A stretch of DNA of 35,399 nt from Candidatus Hydrogenedentota bacterium (GCA_007124105.1 SLFT01000284.1:1-35399); one strand, 5' to 3'. Shown: positions 26,121 to 34,929, counted from the stretch's first letter. Numbers and translations: made by a program. The notes: generated by a model not told the origin, from the letters alone.

Positions 26121-27203
26121 CTACGCCGTCAGTTCCCTGTACACCTCCAATGTCTGTTGTACCATGCGTTCAACGGAGAATTTTTCTCGGGCCAGTTTAC
26201 TGCCCGCTTCGGCCATGCATTGTGCGGCCTGGCGGTCGGTGAGCCCGGCGACGATAGCATCGGCCAGCGCTTCGGGATCGCGGACCGGCGTCAAGTATCC
26301 CGTAACCCCGGGGATTACCATCTCTCGCGCGCCGCCGGCTTCGGCGGCCACTACTGGTACGCCCGCAGCGAGCGCCTCCAGTATCGAAGTGCCCAGCCCT
26401 TCGCTCCAGCTCGAGGACACATAGATATCGGCGGCGCGGATAATGGCGGGGGCATCAGCGCGGTAACCAAGAAACGCGACGCAATCATTGAGTCCAAGCG
26501 CGTTGCGTCTCGCTTCGAGCGCGCTGCGCAGCGGCCCTTCGCCCGCGATACAGACCCGCAGGTTCGGAAACACCTTGCGCACCCTTGCCGCGGCATCAAG
26601 CAGGTTCGCATGGTCCTTGTGATCCACCAGTGCGCCTGCGCTCGCCAACAATGGCGCGTCTTCGGGCACATCAAGGGAGGCGCGAGACGCCGCCGGCATA
26701 AGCGCGCGCTCGAAGTCCACCGCGCTATGAACCACGCGCGTTTGCGGGGGATGCAGTCCGTAGTCGGCGAGAGTCTCCTGAACCTTCTCTGAGACGCATA
26801 AGATACGGTCGGGGCGGCTATATTTCCAGCGGTTAAGCCGATGCTGTCTGGGCGGGAAATTGACGCGGCGAGAGACCACGATGCGGCTTGTCATACCGAA
26901 GCAGGATGCCACAACGGCTATGCCGTGGGCGTGGCTGGCGTGGGCGTGAACAATGTCCACATGGCAATGTTGTGTGATTCGGGCCAGCCGCCAGGCGGAA
27001 TAAAGATCAAGTTCACCGCGCAACGGCAGCGCAAACCGATGTATATCATCACGATCGGGATGCATGGCCACAAACTCCTCGCCGGCGCGACCGATTACAA
27101 TGTTTGACACACCATGTTCGGCAAGCCCGCGCACAAGCCAGGACGCTTGCTGTTCCCCACCCCTGAGCCCTTGTTGCTCGTCCAGATGGACTGCGGTTAT
27201 CAT
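26121..27203 (-). CDS. Family 4 glycosyltransferase.
   Basis: The GT-B/GT4 C-terminal signature is SSSWSEGLGTSILEALAAGVPVVAAEAGGAREMV (E-x7-E). Its start overlaps the upstream stop as ATGA at 27200..27203. Confidence 0.88.
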   Translation of the reverse strand: MITAVHLDEQQGLRGGEQQASWLVRGLAEHGVSNIVIGRAGEEFVAMHPDRDDIHRFALPLRGELDLYSAWRLARITQHCHVDIVHAHASHAHGIAVVASCFGMTSRIVVSRRVNFPPRQHRLNRWKYSRPDRILCVSEKVQETLADYGLHPPQTRVVHSAVDFERALMPAASRASLDVPEDAPLLASAGALVDHKDHANLLDAAARVRKVFPNLRVCIAGEGPLRSALEARRNALGLNDCVAFLGYRADAPAIIRAADIYVSSSWSEGLGTSILEALAAGVPVVAAEAGGAREMVIPGVTGYLTPVRDPEALADAIVAGLTDRQAAQCMAEAGSKLAREKFSVERMVQQTLEVYRELTA

Positions 27204-28366
27204 GAACGCTGCCCCTCTCCAAATGCCTTTTTATGCTCCGCAACCACCTGCCTGTATACATCAAGGGTGCGCTGCACGAACACTTCACTGCTGAATTCCG
27301 CTTGAACCCGTTGGCATCCCGCCCGGCCCATTGTGGCCCGTAGCTCGGGATCGTCCATCAGCTTGCTGAGCGCTTCCGCAAGCGGCTCCACCGTGCCGGC
27401 GGGCACGATAAACCCTTCCACACCATCGCTGATAATCTCGGCAAGGCCGCCGTAATCAGAGGCGATGACCGGGATGCTCGCTGCCATCTGCTCTTTCATG
27501 CTGAATGACGACGTGTCGCAGTCAACGGAAGGTTGCGCGCATATATCGAAGGCCTGAACACAATAGTCCATATCGTTGCGAAATCCGAGGAAACGCACCA
27601 TGGACGCGATGCCCAATTGCGTGGCCATCATCCGCAAAGACTTTTCAAGTACACCCTGACCAAACACGAGAATGCGCAGCTGTGGATACTGTTCCTTGAG
27701 CATCGCGGCCGCTCGGAACAAAAATTCGTGTCCTTTCGCTGGCACAAGACGCGCCACAATGCCGCACACGATGTCCGAATCGGCGCAGTCAAATTCAGCG
27801 CGGGCCTGCTTGCGGCGTTCCGGATCGAAAGCGTACAGGGCAGCGTCAACGCCGTTGTGGATGGTGCGAAGGCGGTCAGCGTTAAATGCGGGGTGTTGCG
27901 CAAGCGTGCGCCGCACGACATCGCATACCACAATTTGAAAATCGGTCAGCCGCCTGTTTAAGTAACGATTGGGCAGGTTATCGTTCACCACGTAGGTGTT
28001 GTGACGCGTACGCACCAATGGCGCAGGCCGATTCATCCAATAGTTGGTCACGGCAAAGGCCCAGTGGTCCTGGGAACCGTTTACATGTACAACATCCGGG
28101 GTGTATTCGCGCATGAATCGGGTCGCCTCGGCTAAGTCGGTGCGCCACGCGGCAGGTCGTACGCCGCCCTTAAAACTGAACCAGTCATAAGGTTCGGCGC
28201 CTACGGCTCTGGCATGGTCCACAAGAACACTGCCCGGACGACATCCAATGGCGACACGGTGACCAAGACGCGTCAGGCCCTCGGCCAGCGTGGACACATA
28301 ACGCACTTGTCCCCCGCCCTGTAAATGAGGATCGCTAATGAGAATATGAAGAGGTTTATCAGACAT
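27200..28366 (-). CDS. Family 4 glycosyltransferase.
   Basis: The N-terminus is HILISDPHLQGGGQVRYVSTLAEGL. The C-terminal part is SSFSMKEQMAASIPVIASDYGGLAEII. This is GT4-like architecture, 388 aa. Confidence 0.82.
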   Translation of the reverse strand: MSDKPLHILISDPHLQGGGQVRYVSTLAEGLTRLGHRVAIGCRPGSVLVDHARAVGAEPYDWFSFKGGVRPAAWRTDLAEATRFMREYTPDVVHVNGSQDHWAFAVTNYWMNRPAPLVRTRHNTYVVNDNLPNRYLNRRLTDFQIVVCDVVRRTLAQHPAFNADRLRTIHNGVDAALYAFDPERRKQARAEFDCADSDIVCGIVARLVPAKGHEFLFRAAAMLKEQYPQLRILVFGQGVLEKSLRMMATQLGIASMVRFLGFRNDMDYCVQAFDICAQPSVDCDTSSFSMKEQMAASIPVIASDYGGLAEIISDGVEGFIVPAGTVEPLAEALSKLMDDPELRATMGRAGCQRVQAEFSSEVFVQRTLDVYRQVVAEHKKAFGEGQRS

Positions 28367-28675
28367 GGAGATTATTATCGCCTATTGTAATTCGATGCTG
28401 AAAAGCGTTTTGGGGGCATGTCGCGATTGCGTACATAACGCGCTGCTTTCAGATTGGTTGAAAAAACTCTTGCGCGATCCGCTTCCTGTCATTGGAAACA
28501 AACGACACGGCATGTTGTAAAGGCATTGCTGCGCGGACGCTATGTATTTATCTTTGCTGGCGCGTACAATCCAATTTTTCATTTCATGTACGAAAAAGTC
28601 CTTTTGACGGCCCATACAGTTGAACAAACAATGCGCTCCAAGTTTTTCGTGGGCGCTCCACTCTCCGAACGACAT

Positions 28676-28697
28676 ATACCCCGCTATAGCGGGGTAT
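28676..28697. repeat. Perfect 22-nt palindrome; could be a hairpin or an operator.
   Basis: ATACCCCGC-TATA-GCGGGGTAT, read directly. It lies 7 nt downstream of the stop of the 66-aa ORF on the minus strand. There is no U-tract on either strand. Confidence 0.6.
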
Positions 28698-28703
28698 GCC
28701 GCA

Positions 28704-28904
28704 TTAAGATTCCGTTTGCGTCATATCGGTTTCGCTCTCAGTAGTTTCCGTCGCATCATCGCCTTCCGGTTGACGCTGCTCGCGAAGAAGCGATTCAATG
28801 CGCGCATTAGCGTCATCCAGGTTTTCCAGTGCGCTGGCAAGCTCGGTTTCCACTTCTGCAAAATCGTCTGTGCGCGTAATAGTTACTTTATTTTTTTTTG
28901 ACAT
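28704..28904 (-). CDS. Small acidic hypothetical protein (66 aa), predicted helical or coiled-coil.
   Basis: Translation is MSKKNKVTITRTDDFAEVETELASALENLDDANARIESLLREQRQPEGDDATETTESETDMTQTES. It shows coding-like codon periodicity and lies 42 nt downstream of the usp gene on the same strand. The Shine-Dalgarno spacing is poor, and an A9 run sits at codons 3-5. Confidence 0.5.
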   Translation of the reverse strand: MSKKNKVTITRTDDFAEVETELASALENLDDANARIESLLREQRQPEGDDATETTESETDMTQTES

Positions 28905-28946
28905 CCTTTTATTATCCCGAAAGTCGCGCCCGTGTGCCTTTTGGTT

Positions 28947-29777
28947 CTAATGCACCAACAGTACGGGACACGATGCATGATTCACTGCGTGAGACGTTGT
29001 GCTTCCCATCACTATCTCGCGCAGTTTGCTGTGTCCATAAGCGCCCATCACAATCAGCCCGGCGTCGCATTCGCGGGCGTAAGCGATAATAGTTTCGCCA
29101 GGATCGCCTCTCTTATGCGCATACTCCAATTCTATCGTGTGGCTCTGCAGATATTCGCGCGCCTCATCAAGCCACTGTTGCGCCGAATCATCGCCAACCA
29201 CAAGCAGGTGCATCTTTCCGCCCATTTGTTCGGCGAGGGTCACGCCAACCTTTAACGCTTTCCGCGCGTGGCGCGAGCCATCATAGGCCAGCACAAACTG
29301 GTCGGCGCCCGGCGTCTCGCGGCCTGTAACCAGCACGGGCACAGACGCGCGACGCACCACCGCCTCGGTAGTCGAACCGATTAACCCCTCGAGAAAATCC
29401 TTGTGTTCACCCGCGCGTCCCATGACGATTACGTCTACCAATTCGCCTTTCTCAATGATTACGCGTGGCACAATGCCTGTGTGCAGTTCTGTCTCACAGG
29501 GCACGCCCTTTTCAGCGCATAAGCCGGCGACATATTGAAGCGCCGCCTTGCCGCGTTCATCAAGTATCATGGCAATGCTGCCTTGATAATTGACATACGG
29601 CGCGGCGCCAAGTGACGCGGACAGGTCGCGCAGAAATGGTCCCTCGAGCAGCTTCACATCCACCACATGCAACGCCAGCAACGACGCCTTCTGCTGTGCC
29701 GCCAACGCCACGGCATACCGCACGCCGACAGCGGAACTTTCACTGCCGTCCGTTGTTACAAGTATACGTTTGATCAT
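28947..29777 (-). CDS. Universal stress protein with tandem Usp domains.
   Basis: There are two Usp repeats. The first runs ILVTTDGSESS...VMGRAGEH...GSTTEAVVRRASVPVLV and the second runs VLAYDGSRHA...VMGAYGHSKLREIVMGSTTSHAVNHASCPVLLV. Confidence 0.9.
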   Translation of the reverse strand: MIKRILVTTDGSESSAVGVRYAVALAAQQKASLLALHVVDVKLLEGPFLRDLSASLGAAPYVNYQGSIAMILDERGKAALQYVAGLCAEKGVPCETELHTGIVPRVIIEKGELVDVIVMGRAGEHKDFLEGLIGSTTEAVVRRASVPVLVTGRETPGADQFVLAYDGSRHARKALKVGVTLAEQMGGKMHLLVVGDDSAQQWLDEAREYLQSHTIELEYAHKRGDPGETIIAYARECDAGLIVMGAYGHSKLREIVMGSTTSHAVNHASCPVLLVH

Positions 29778-29814
29778 TGATTTCGCCCTTTACTTGTTCC
29801 GTATCCAACCGGCG

Positions 29815-30453
29815 CTAACAACAGGCCGCCCGTTCTGTAAGTGTACCAAAGTTGTGGAGCATGCGTATACCATCCGCCTGGCTTTTTTCCGGATGAAACT
29901 GTGTCGCAAACAAATTGCCCCGTCCGACTGCGGCCGGAAACGTAACGCCGTAGCTGCAGTGAGCCAACACAATGGCTTCGTCATCAGTCACAGCGTGATA
30001 ACTATGCACAAAATAGGCGTAGGGGTCGGCGCTTACGCCGTCGAATAATATCGCTTCGCGTTCGGCCGCGGGCAGCAATCGGTTCCAGCCTACATGGGGC
30101 ACCTTCAATCCGGTTTTCCCGGCATCGGGGAAACGCACTACCCTGCCAGGCAGAACGCCTAGTCCGGGCGACCCCGCGCCTTCCTCGCCGTACTCGAACA
30201 ACAGTTGCAGACCAACACATATCCCCAGAAAAGGGCGTCCACTGAGGGCGGCGTCCTTCACAGACGTGTCGAGGCCGCGCGTCACAAGGCCGTCGTAACA
30301 ATCTTTGAAGGCGCCCACGCCAGGCAGTACCACGCCAGGCGCCTTCTCGATGACGCGCGGGTCGTCGGTAATCTGTGCGGCGTAACCGGCTTTCTCGAAG
30401 CCTTTCTGCACACTGCGCAGGTTGCCCATACCATAGTCCACAATGGCGATCAT
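29815..30453 (-). CDS. hisH: Imidazole glycerol phosphate synthase, glutamine amidotransferase subunit.
   Basis: Motifs are MIAIVDYGMGNLRSV, VLPGVGAF, the catalytic Cys in GICVGLQLL, HVGWN, YFVHSY and QFHPEKS. Confidence 0.95.
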   Translation of the reverse strand: MIAIVDYGMGNLRSVQKGFEKAGYAAQITDDPRVIEKAPGVVLPGVGAFKDCYDGLVTRGLDTSVKDAALSGRPFLGICVGLQLLFEYGEEGAGSPGLGVLPGRVVRFPDAGKTGLKVPHVGWNRLLPAAEREAILFDGVSADPYAYFVHSYHAVTDDEAIVLAHCSYGVTFPAAVGRGNLFATQFHPEKSQADGIRMLHNFGTLTERAACC

Positions 30454-31055
30454 GTTTCCAGCATCCCCTTGGTCGAGGGTACGTCGTGAATACGCGGGTC
30501 GCGCTGCAACGCAAACCGCAACGCGCGACCAAACGCCTTGAACATGGCTTCGAGACAGTGGTGCAGGTTGCGTCCACGGCGCAGTTCGATATGCAGCGTG
30601 ATCCGACTTTGCATGGCTACGGCGTAAAAGAACTCTTCAGCCAGCTCCGCGTCAAATCCGCCCAGATCGCCTGGCGGCAACGCCGCCTGAAACACCAGAT
30701 AAGGACGTCCAGAAAAATCAACTGCCGCTTCCACCAACGTTTCGTCCATGGGAACCAAAGCATGACCATACCGGGACAATCCCCTGGGTTCACCCACCGC
30801 TTCCAGAATGGCCTTGCCCAGGCAGATGCCCACGTCTTCAACCGTGTGATGGGCATCTACATGCAGGTCGCCCGCGGCCTTCACGTCCAAATCAAACAGC
30901 CCGTGACGCGCTATGTGGTCCAGCATGTGATCAAAGAAACCTTGACCGGTCTGTACGTGTGCGCGACCAGTTCCATCCAGTTTCAGGGTCAATTCCACGT
31001 CTGTTTCGTTGGTAGCGCGTTTGATATGCGCTTCCCGAGAACCAGGAGACGTCAT
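30450..31055 (-). CDS. hisB: Imidazoleglycerol-phosphate dehydratase.
   Basis: Motifs are RATNETDVELTLKLDG, GFFDHMLDHIARHG, DAHHTVEDVGICLG and GRNLHHCLEAMFKAFGRAL. I trimmed the start to ATG 31055, giving 201 aa. The stop overlaps the hisH start as ATGA. Confidence 0.93.
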   Translation of the reverse strand: MTSPGSREAHIKRATNETDVELTLKLDGTGRAHVQTGQGFFDHMLDHIARHGLFDLDVKAAGDLHVDAHHTVEDVGICLGKAILEAVGEPRGLSRYGHALVPMDETLVEAAVDFSGRPYLVFQAALPPGDLGGFDAELAEEFFYAVAMQSRITLHIELRRGRNLHHCLEAMFKAFGRALRFALQRDPRIHDVPSTKGMLET

Positions 31056-31203
31056 TGCTATCAAGTCCTTATGCTGTTGGATAAAACGGCTTCGTTGCGT
31101 GTCAATACAACAGGGCGAACAAACCGGCTGCACCCCATGAAGCGCGAGATATTTGTGCGAGAAATGCTTATATTGTCATCATTCTCGACGCTGTTATTCC
31201 GTT

Positions 31204-31929
31204 TTAGCGGCCCAGTAGCAGGCGGTCCGCCAGGAACCGCGGCAGGTGCGCGTCGCGGACGCGCTTGACGGCGTGCTCCACATCATACTCGACACGCGCC
31301 AGTTCAAAAGTCATGCTGTCTGCATCAAACAGGCCAAATGAAGCGCGTACATCGTCGTCGCGCGGCTGACCAACAGAACCGGGGTTAATAAAGTACACAT
31401 GGTCTCGTTCCAGAACGGTTTGCTGTTCCTTGCCAAGCGGTATTGCCCCATCCGTGCTGAAAACGGCAGGGGTATGGGTATGTCCCATAAAACATATATT
31501 GCAGTTCTGCTCATCAGTAAAATATACGTGCGGGAGAATGTCTTCCCACGAGAAGATATAGGTATTGTGATTTTTGGGCGCGCCATGAACCGCGACAAAG
31601 GGGCCATAATTAAGCGCATCGGGCAGCCCCCGCAACCATTCGAGCGAGACTTCTGACAGTTTCTCCCGTGTCCAGACCGCCGCAGTCAACGCGACAGGAT
31701 TGAATCCCCAGGGTTCTTCGACGCCGCAGCCAACAGCGTCATGGTTGCCCAATATAGCCTGGACATCCCTTTCGGCAAGCTTTTCGATACACTCATTTGG
31801 CATGGCATTGTAACCAACCACATCGCCAAGACACACCACGCAGTCAACGCCGCGTTCGTCTATCTCTTCAAAGACCGCGTCAAGCGCTTCTATATTGGCG
31901 TGTATATCAGAAATAAGGGCATACAACAA
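31204..31929 (-). CDS. Metallophosphoesterase family protein.
   Basis: Calcineurin-like phosphoesterase motifs are ISDIHAN, CLGDVVGYN, GNHD and GHTH. TTG start has GGAGG 9 nt upstream. Confidence 0.85.
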   Translation of the reverse strand: MLYALISDIHANIEALDAVFEEIDERGVDCVVCLGDVVGYNAMPNECIEKLAERDVQAILGNHDAVGCGVEEPWGFNPVALTAAVWTREKLSEVSLEWLRGLPDALNYGPFVAVHGAPKNHNTYIFSWEDILPHVYFTDEQNCNICFMGHTHTPAVFSTDGAIPLGKEQQTVLERDHVYFINPGSVGQPRDDDVRASFGLFDADSMTFELARVEYDVEHAVKRVRDAHLPRFLADRLLLGR

Positions 31930-32085
31930 CGGTAAATACCTCCCGAAAAATTAATATCATGCTCTGGAAACAGCCCGCAGAACCAAATACCTGTAGTAAA
32001 TTGGACACGTGTACCCGGATATTCTGCATGGTTACACCTGTCAGAATCAAATAAAACTCATGGCCTGTCCTTTCTATCGTTTATA

Positions 32086-33489
32086 TCAGCCGGCAGATTC
32101 CAATTCCACTGACGTATGCGTCCATCCGTCCGTGCGAAAAACCAGCCAGGTCAACGTCAGACGCAATGCGTGACTAAAAAACAAGGCAGCCCATACTTTA
32201 TCGGCGGTCAATGTTCCCATGCTCAAGAAAAACTGGCAGATACTCAAAAGCGCGACTATTTGTGTGGCAAACGCGATGAACATGGGCACGCGCGTTGCGC
32301 CCGCGCCCTGCAAGCCGCCCGTAAGCGCCAGGTTCACGGCCACAGCTACGCCGGACAAGCTCAAGTATCGCAACAGCGATACGCCAAAACTAAAAACGGG
32401 CTCATCCACGGCATTAAAGAGACGCAACAAGACGCCTGGATATGTCCAGAAGACAACGCCCACAGCGAAAGACCAAGCCGCGCCCATGCATGCCGCAAAC
32501 ACCACGCCGCGTTTGCCGCGGCGCCGCACACCCGCGCCAATATTCTGGCCCATAAGCGTACCGGCCGCCGCGCGCAAACCGAAAGACGTCCAGGTAACCA
32601 GCGAAAACAACTGCGCGTAACATATTGTATACGCCGCCTGCGCCGCAGCGCTATGTTCAAGAGTGCTGATGTATCGCAACAAGAGCACACCGGCAATGTT
32701 TAGTAGAACACCTTGTATGCCCGTGGGTATTCCGATACGGGCCATGCCGCGCAGCAATTGGAGGTCTGGCAGCACCCGGAATCGCCTCGGCGGCTGGATG
32801 ATCATGCGGCGGCTGAACACCAGGTAAAGACCTATGCCGCAGCTTACCGTGGGCGCAAGCACAGTGCCGAGGGCCGCGCCCATCACGCCAAGGGGCGGGA
32901 ACGGGCCTATTCCGATAATCAGCACGGAACTGATAAGTATATTGAGCGCCGTGGTGAGTATTCCAAGTTTGAGCGGCGTTTTGGGTTCGCCCGAAGCGTG
33001 AAAGGCGCCCGTTAACATGAACATGAGAAACAACGGCGCACCGCAAAGAAACAGCAGGCGCAGGTATGGCAACGCATGGACATAAACTTCGTCGGCGATA
33101 TTAACGGCGCGCAACAACAGGGGCGCGCAAAAATAACCAAGCGGCGCCACAATGCCCACCAGGATTATCAGCGATACCATAAACGCAGCGTAAAATACCT
33201 CGCTGATGGTATCGCGGTCCTGACGGCCCGCATAGCGCGCGATAAGCACATTCATGCCGTGGAATATCGAGGCAATGAACACCACGATTACAAGGAACAC
33301 CTGCCAGGCCACGCCAATGGCGGCATTAGCGGCATTGTCCGCAGAGCCGTGAAAATGCCCGATCAGTACGTGGTCCACAATGCCGTGCATGCCATTGATC
33401 AAGTTTAACAAAACCAGCGGCCATGCAAGTTTCCATACCGAACGCAAGAGACTGCCGGATACTATTTCTTTATCAAATGCTTTCAACAA
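32086..33489 (-). CDS. MATE-family efflux transporter.
   Basis: It has 12-TM MATE topology. The N-terminal region LLRSVWKLAWPLVLLNLINGMHGIVDHVLIGHF is family-typical. I place the start at TTG 33489 (or 33486), after AAGG, giving 467 aa. The track's 61-codon Arg-rich extension to 33672 overlaps a structured inverted repeat and was rejected. Confidence 0.8.
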   Translation of the reverse strand: MLKAFDKEIVSGSLLRSVWKLAWPLVLLNLINGMHGIVDHVLIGHFHGSADNAANAAIGVAWQVFLVIVVFIASIFHGMNVLIARYAGRQDRDTISEVFYAAFMVSLIILVGIVAPLGYFCAPLLLRAVNIADEVYVHALPYLRLLFLCGAPLFLMFMLTGAFHASGEPKTPLKLGILTTALNILISSVLIIGIGPFPPLGVMGAALGTVLAPTVSCGIGLYLVFSRRMIIQPPRRFRVLPDLQLLRGMARIGIPTGIQGVLLNIAGVLLLRYISTLEHSAAAQAAYTICYAQLFSLVTWTSFGLRAAAGTLMGQNIGAGVRRRGKRGVVFAACMGAAWSFAVGVVFWTYPGVLLRLFNAVDEPVFSFGVSLLRYLSLSGVAVAVNLALTGGLQGAGATRVPMFIAFATQIVALLSICQFFLSMGTLTADKVWAALFFSHALRLTLTWLVFRTDGWTHTSVELESAG

Positions 33490-33550
33490 ATCATGCCTTG
33501 GAGGTTGCCTTTCTCGGGGAACAGCGGGAAACCCCACGCCAAACGCGCGG

Positions 33551-33735
33551 GCTGAGCCCGGATATTTCACCAGATTTCTGTTGCGCCTGCGAATCTTACG
33601 CCATCTCAGCCACTTTGCTTGCCCGCCGACTTCGACGTGGCCCGACACGCTGTCAGCCGGCGACCTGCGCAAAATGGCTGATCTGACGCAATCTTCGCAG
33701 GCTCACGACGAAACCTGGTGAAATATCCGGCTTAG
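33551..33735. repeat. Long imperfect inverted repeat (about 185 nt), a potential structured RNA, in the leader of the MATE gene.
   Basis: CCGGATATTTCACCAG (33559..33574) is a perfect reverse complement of CTGGTGAAATATCCGG (33715..33730). The arms continue with paired blocks TTTC/GAAA, GCCTGCGAA/TTCGCAGGC and TCAGCCA/TGGCTGA, and an outer GCTGAGC/GCTTAGC. The central spacer of about 62 nt is GC-rich. Confidence 0.8.
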
Positions 33736-33854
33736 CGGCGTTTCCTGTTTCACAGGCCCTGTTCAACGGATTACAGTGCGGGCACACTGGACTTCCATGA
33801 GGCCCGGCGCGAAAGGCCATGAAAGTGATTCTGAATGTTTCGCTGGCGCACCAC

Positions 33855-34673
33855 TCAACTGAAATCCGACCCTCGGGGCGGCATCCCCAATACCGTTTCC
33901 AGCATACCGACCCGCTCATATCTAAATTGTTCGGCATAAGCGACGCCGGTTTTCCCGCCCAAATCGCCGCAGAAATTTCGTATGCCCATTTCTATCAGCT
34001 GCGCTCGTTGTTCGGCGTCGGGATTCTGAAGCATGGGCACTTCAATATCCATCGTTTCCGCCTCGCGCGCCAGCATATCCACCGTCAGCTCCATCTGACA
34101 TTCGTGAGCGAGCAGCGCCTCTATTTTCTTGTCTATCGTGCTCGAGATGTCCACAAACAACGACGCGTTCATGGGCGCTTTCGCAAACCAATACAGTTCA
34201 GCTGGCTGGTAGGGCGGTTGTATATGCTCAGGATAAAACAAGGGGTTGCCGCTGAAATGCGCTGCCTCGAGTGTGGCCATGGCCACATGCCTGTGGTCCG
34301 GATGTTCTTCGTAAGGCGCGAAAGGATCCCAACTCATTACGATATCAGCGCGCACTTCGCGTATCACGGCCATAATCTGGCCGCGCAAGATGTTGATGGG
34401 CGTTTCATTCAACTCGCCATCCACATATCCCGCGAGCCGCACCTCTTTCAGACCTAGAATAGCGCCCGCCGCCCTGGCCTCCGCGGCGCTGATATCTATC
34501 AGTTCCTCTTCCGTAAGCCTGTAGGAACCCTTGGAGTTGTCCGTCAGAATATATTCGTACACGTCAAAGCCCAGTTCGTCCACGAACCGAGCGATAGTGC
34601 CGGCAGCCATGAATTCCATGTCGTCCGCGTGCGCCACCACTACCAGCACACTCTTCTTATGTTCTGCAGCCAT
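33855..34673 (-). CDS. PIG-L/LmbE-family N-acetylglucosaminyl deacetylase.
   Basis: VLVVVAHADDMEFMAAG matches the AHPDDE-type motif, and EEHPDHRHVA matches the HxDH zinc motif. The start is uncertain: ATG 34673, ATG 34694 or TTG 34718. Confidence 0.82.
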   Translation of the reverse strand: MAAEHKKSVLVVVAHADDMEFMAAGTIARFVDELGFDVYEYILTDNSKGSYRLTEEELIDISAAEARAAGAILGLKEVRLAGYVDGELNETPINILRGQIMAVIREVRADIVMSWDPFAPYEEHPDHRHVAMATLEAAHFSGNPLFYPEHIQPPYQPAELYWFAKAPMNASLFVDISSTIDKKIEALLAHECQMELTVDMLAREAETMDIEVPMLQNPDAEQRAQLIEMGIRNFCGDLGGKTGVAYAEQFRYERVGMLETVLGMPPRGSDFS

Positions 34674-34900
34674 TATGGTTCTTGATCCTTTCATGAAAAT
34701 AGCGCGACTGTCTACCAACAGACCTCGAAAGTGGTCCGTGGCGGGTAACGCGCAACAGCGCCCATCGGAATAACTACTACAGAATTCACTAGTTTTGACT
34801 TACAAAGGCGCTATGCAAGACCGTTACAAAACAGCCTGAACCTGTATTTACGCCGTATGCTCCAACGCCACAAAGGGAGAGGCGGCAACACGTTGGCGTA

Positions 34901-34929
34901 TCTATAGTATAGTCATATCGCACTACCAA
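34901..34929 (-). promoter_or_regulatory. Putative sigma70-type promoter upstream of the PIG-L deacetylase gene, containing the TATACTATA motif.
   Basis: The minus strand reads TTGGTA (34929..34924), 17 nt, TATAGA (34906..34901). TATACT (34911..34906) lies 12 nt after the -35. The architecture is the same as at 599..627. Confidence 0.3.

Noticed and set aside
28382-28744. 97-aa (minus strand) and 96-aa (plus strand) ORFs in the region between the small acidic ORF and the GT4 gene.
   Set aside because: They overlap each other. The region is lower in GC with T/A runs, the ORFs are Cys/Phe/Arg-rich, and there is no RBS. I treat the region as a non-coding leader or promoter.
29815-31055. hisB-hisH without hisA/hisF downstream, considered as an anomaly.
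   Set aside because: Dispersed his genes are common outside enterobacteria. Both genes look intact and are translationally coupled.
33490-33672. 61-codon Arg-rich N-terminal extension of the MATE ORF.
   Set aside because: It is created by reading through the long inverted repeat. MATE homology begins only around LLKAFDKEIVSGSLLRSVWKLAWP, and TTG 33489 after AAGG gives a normal 467-aa protein.
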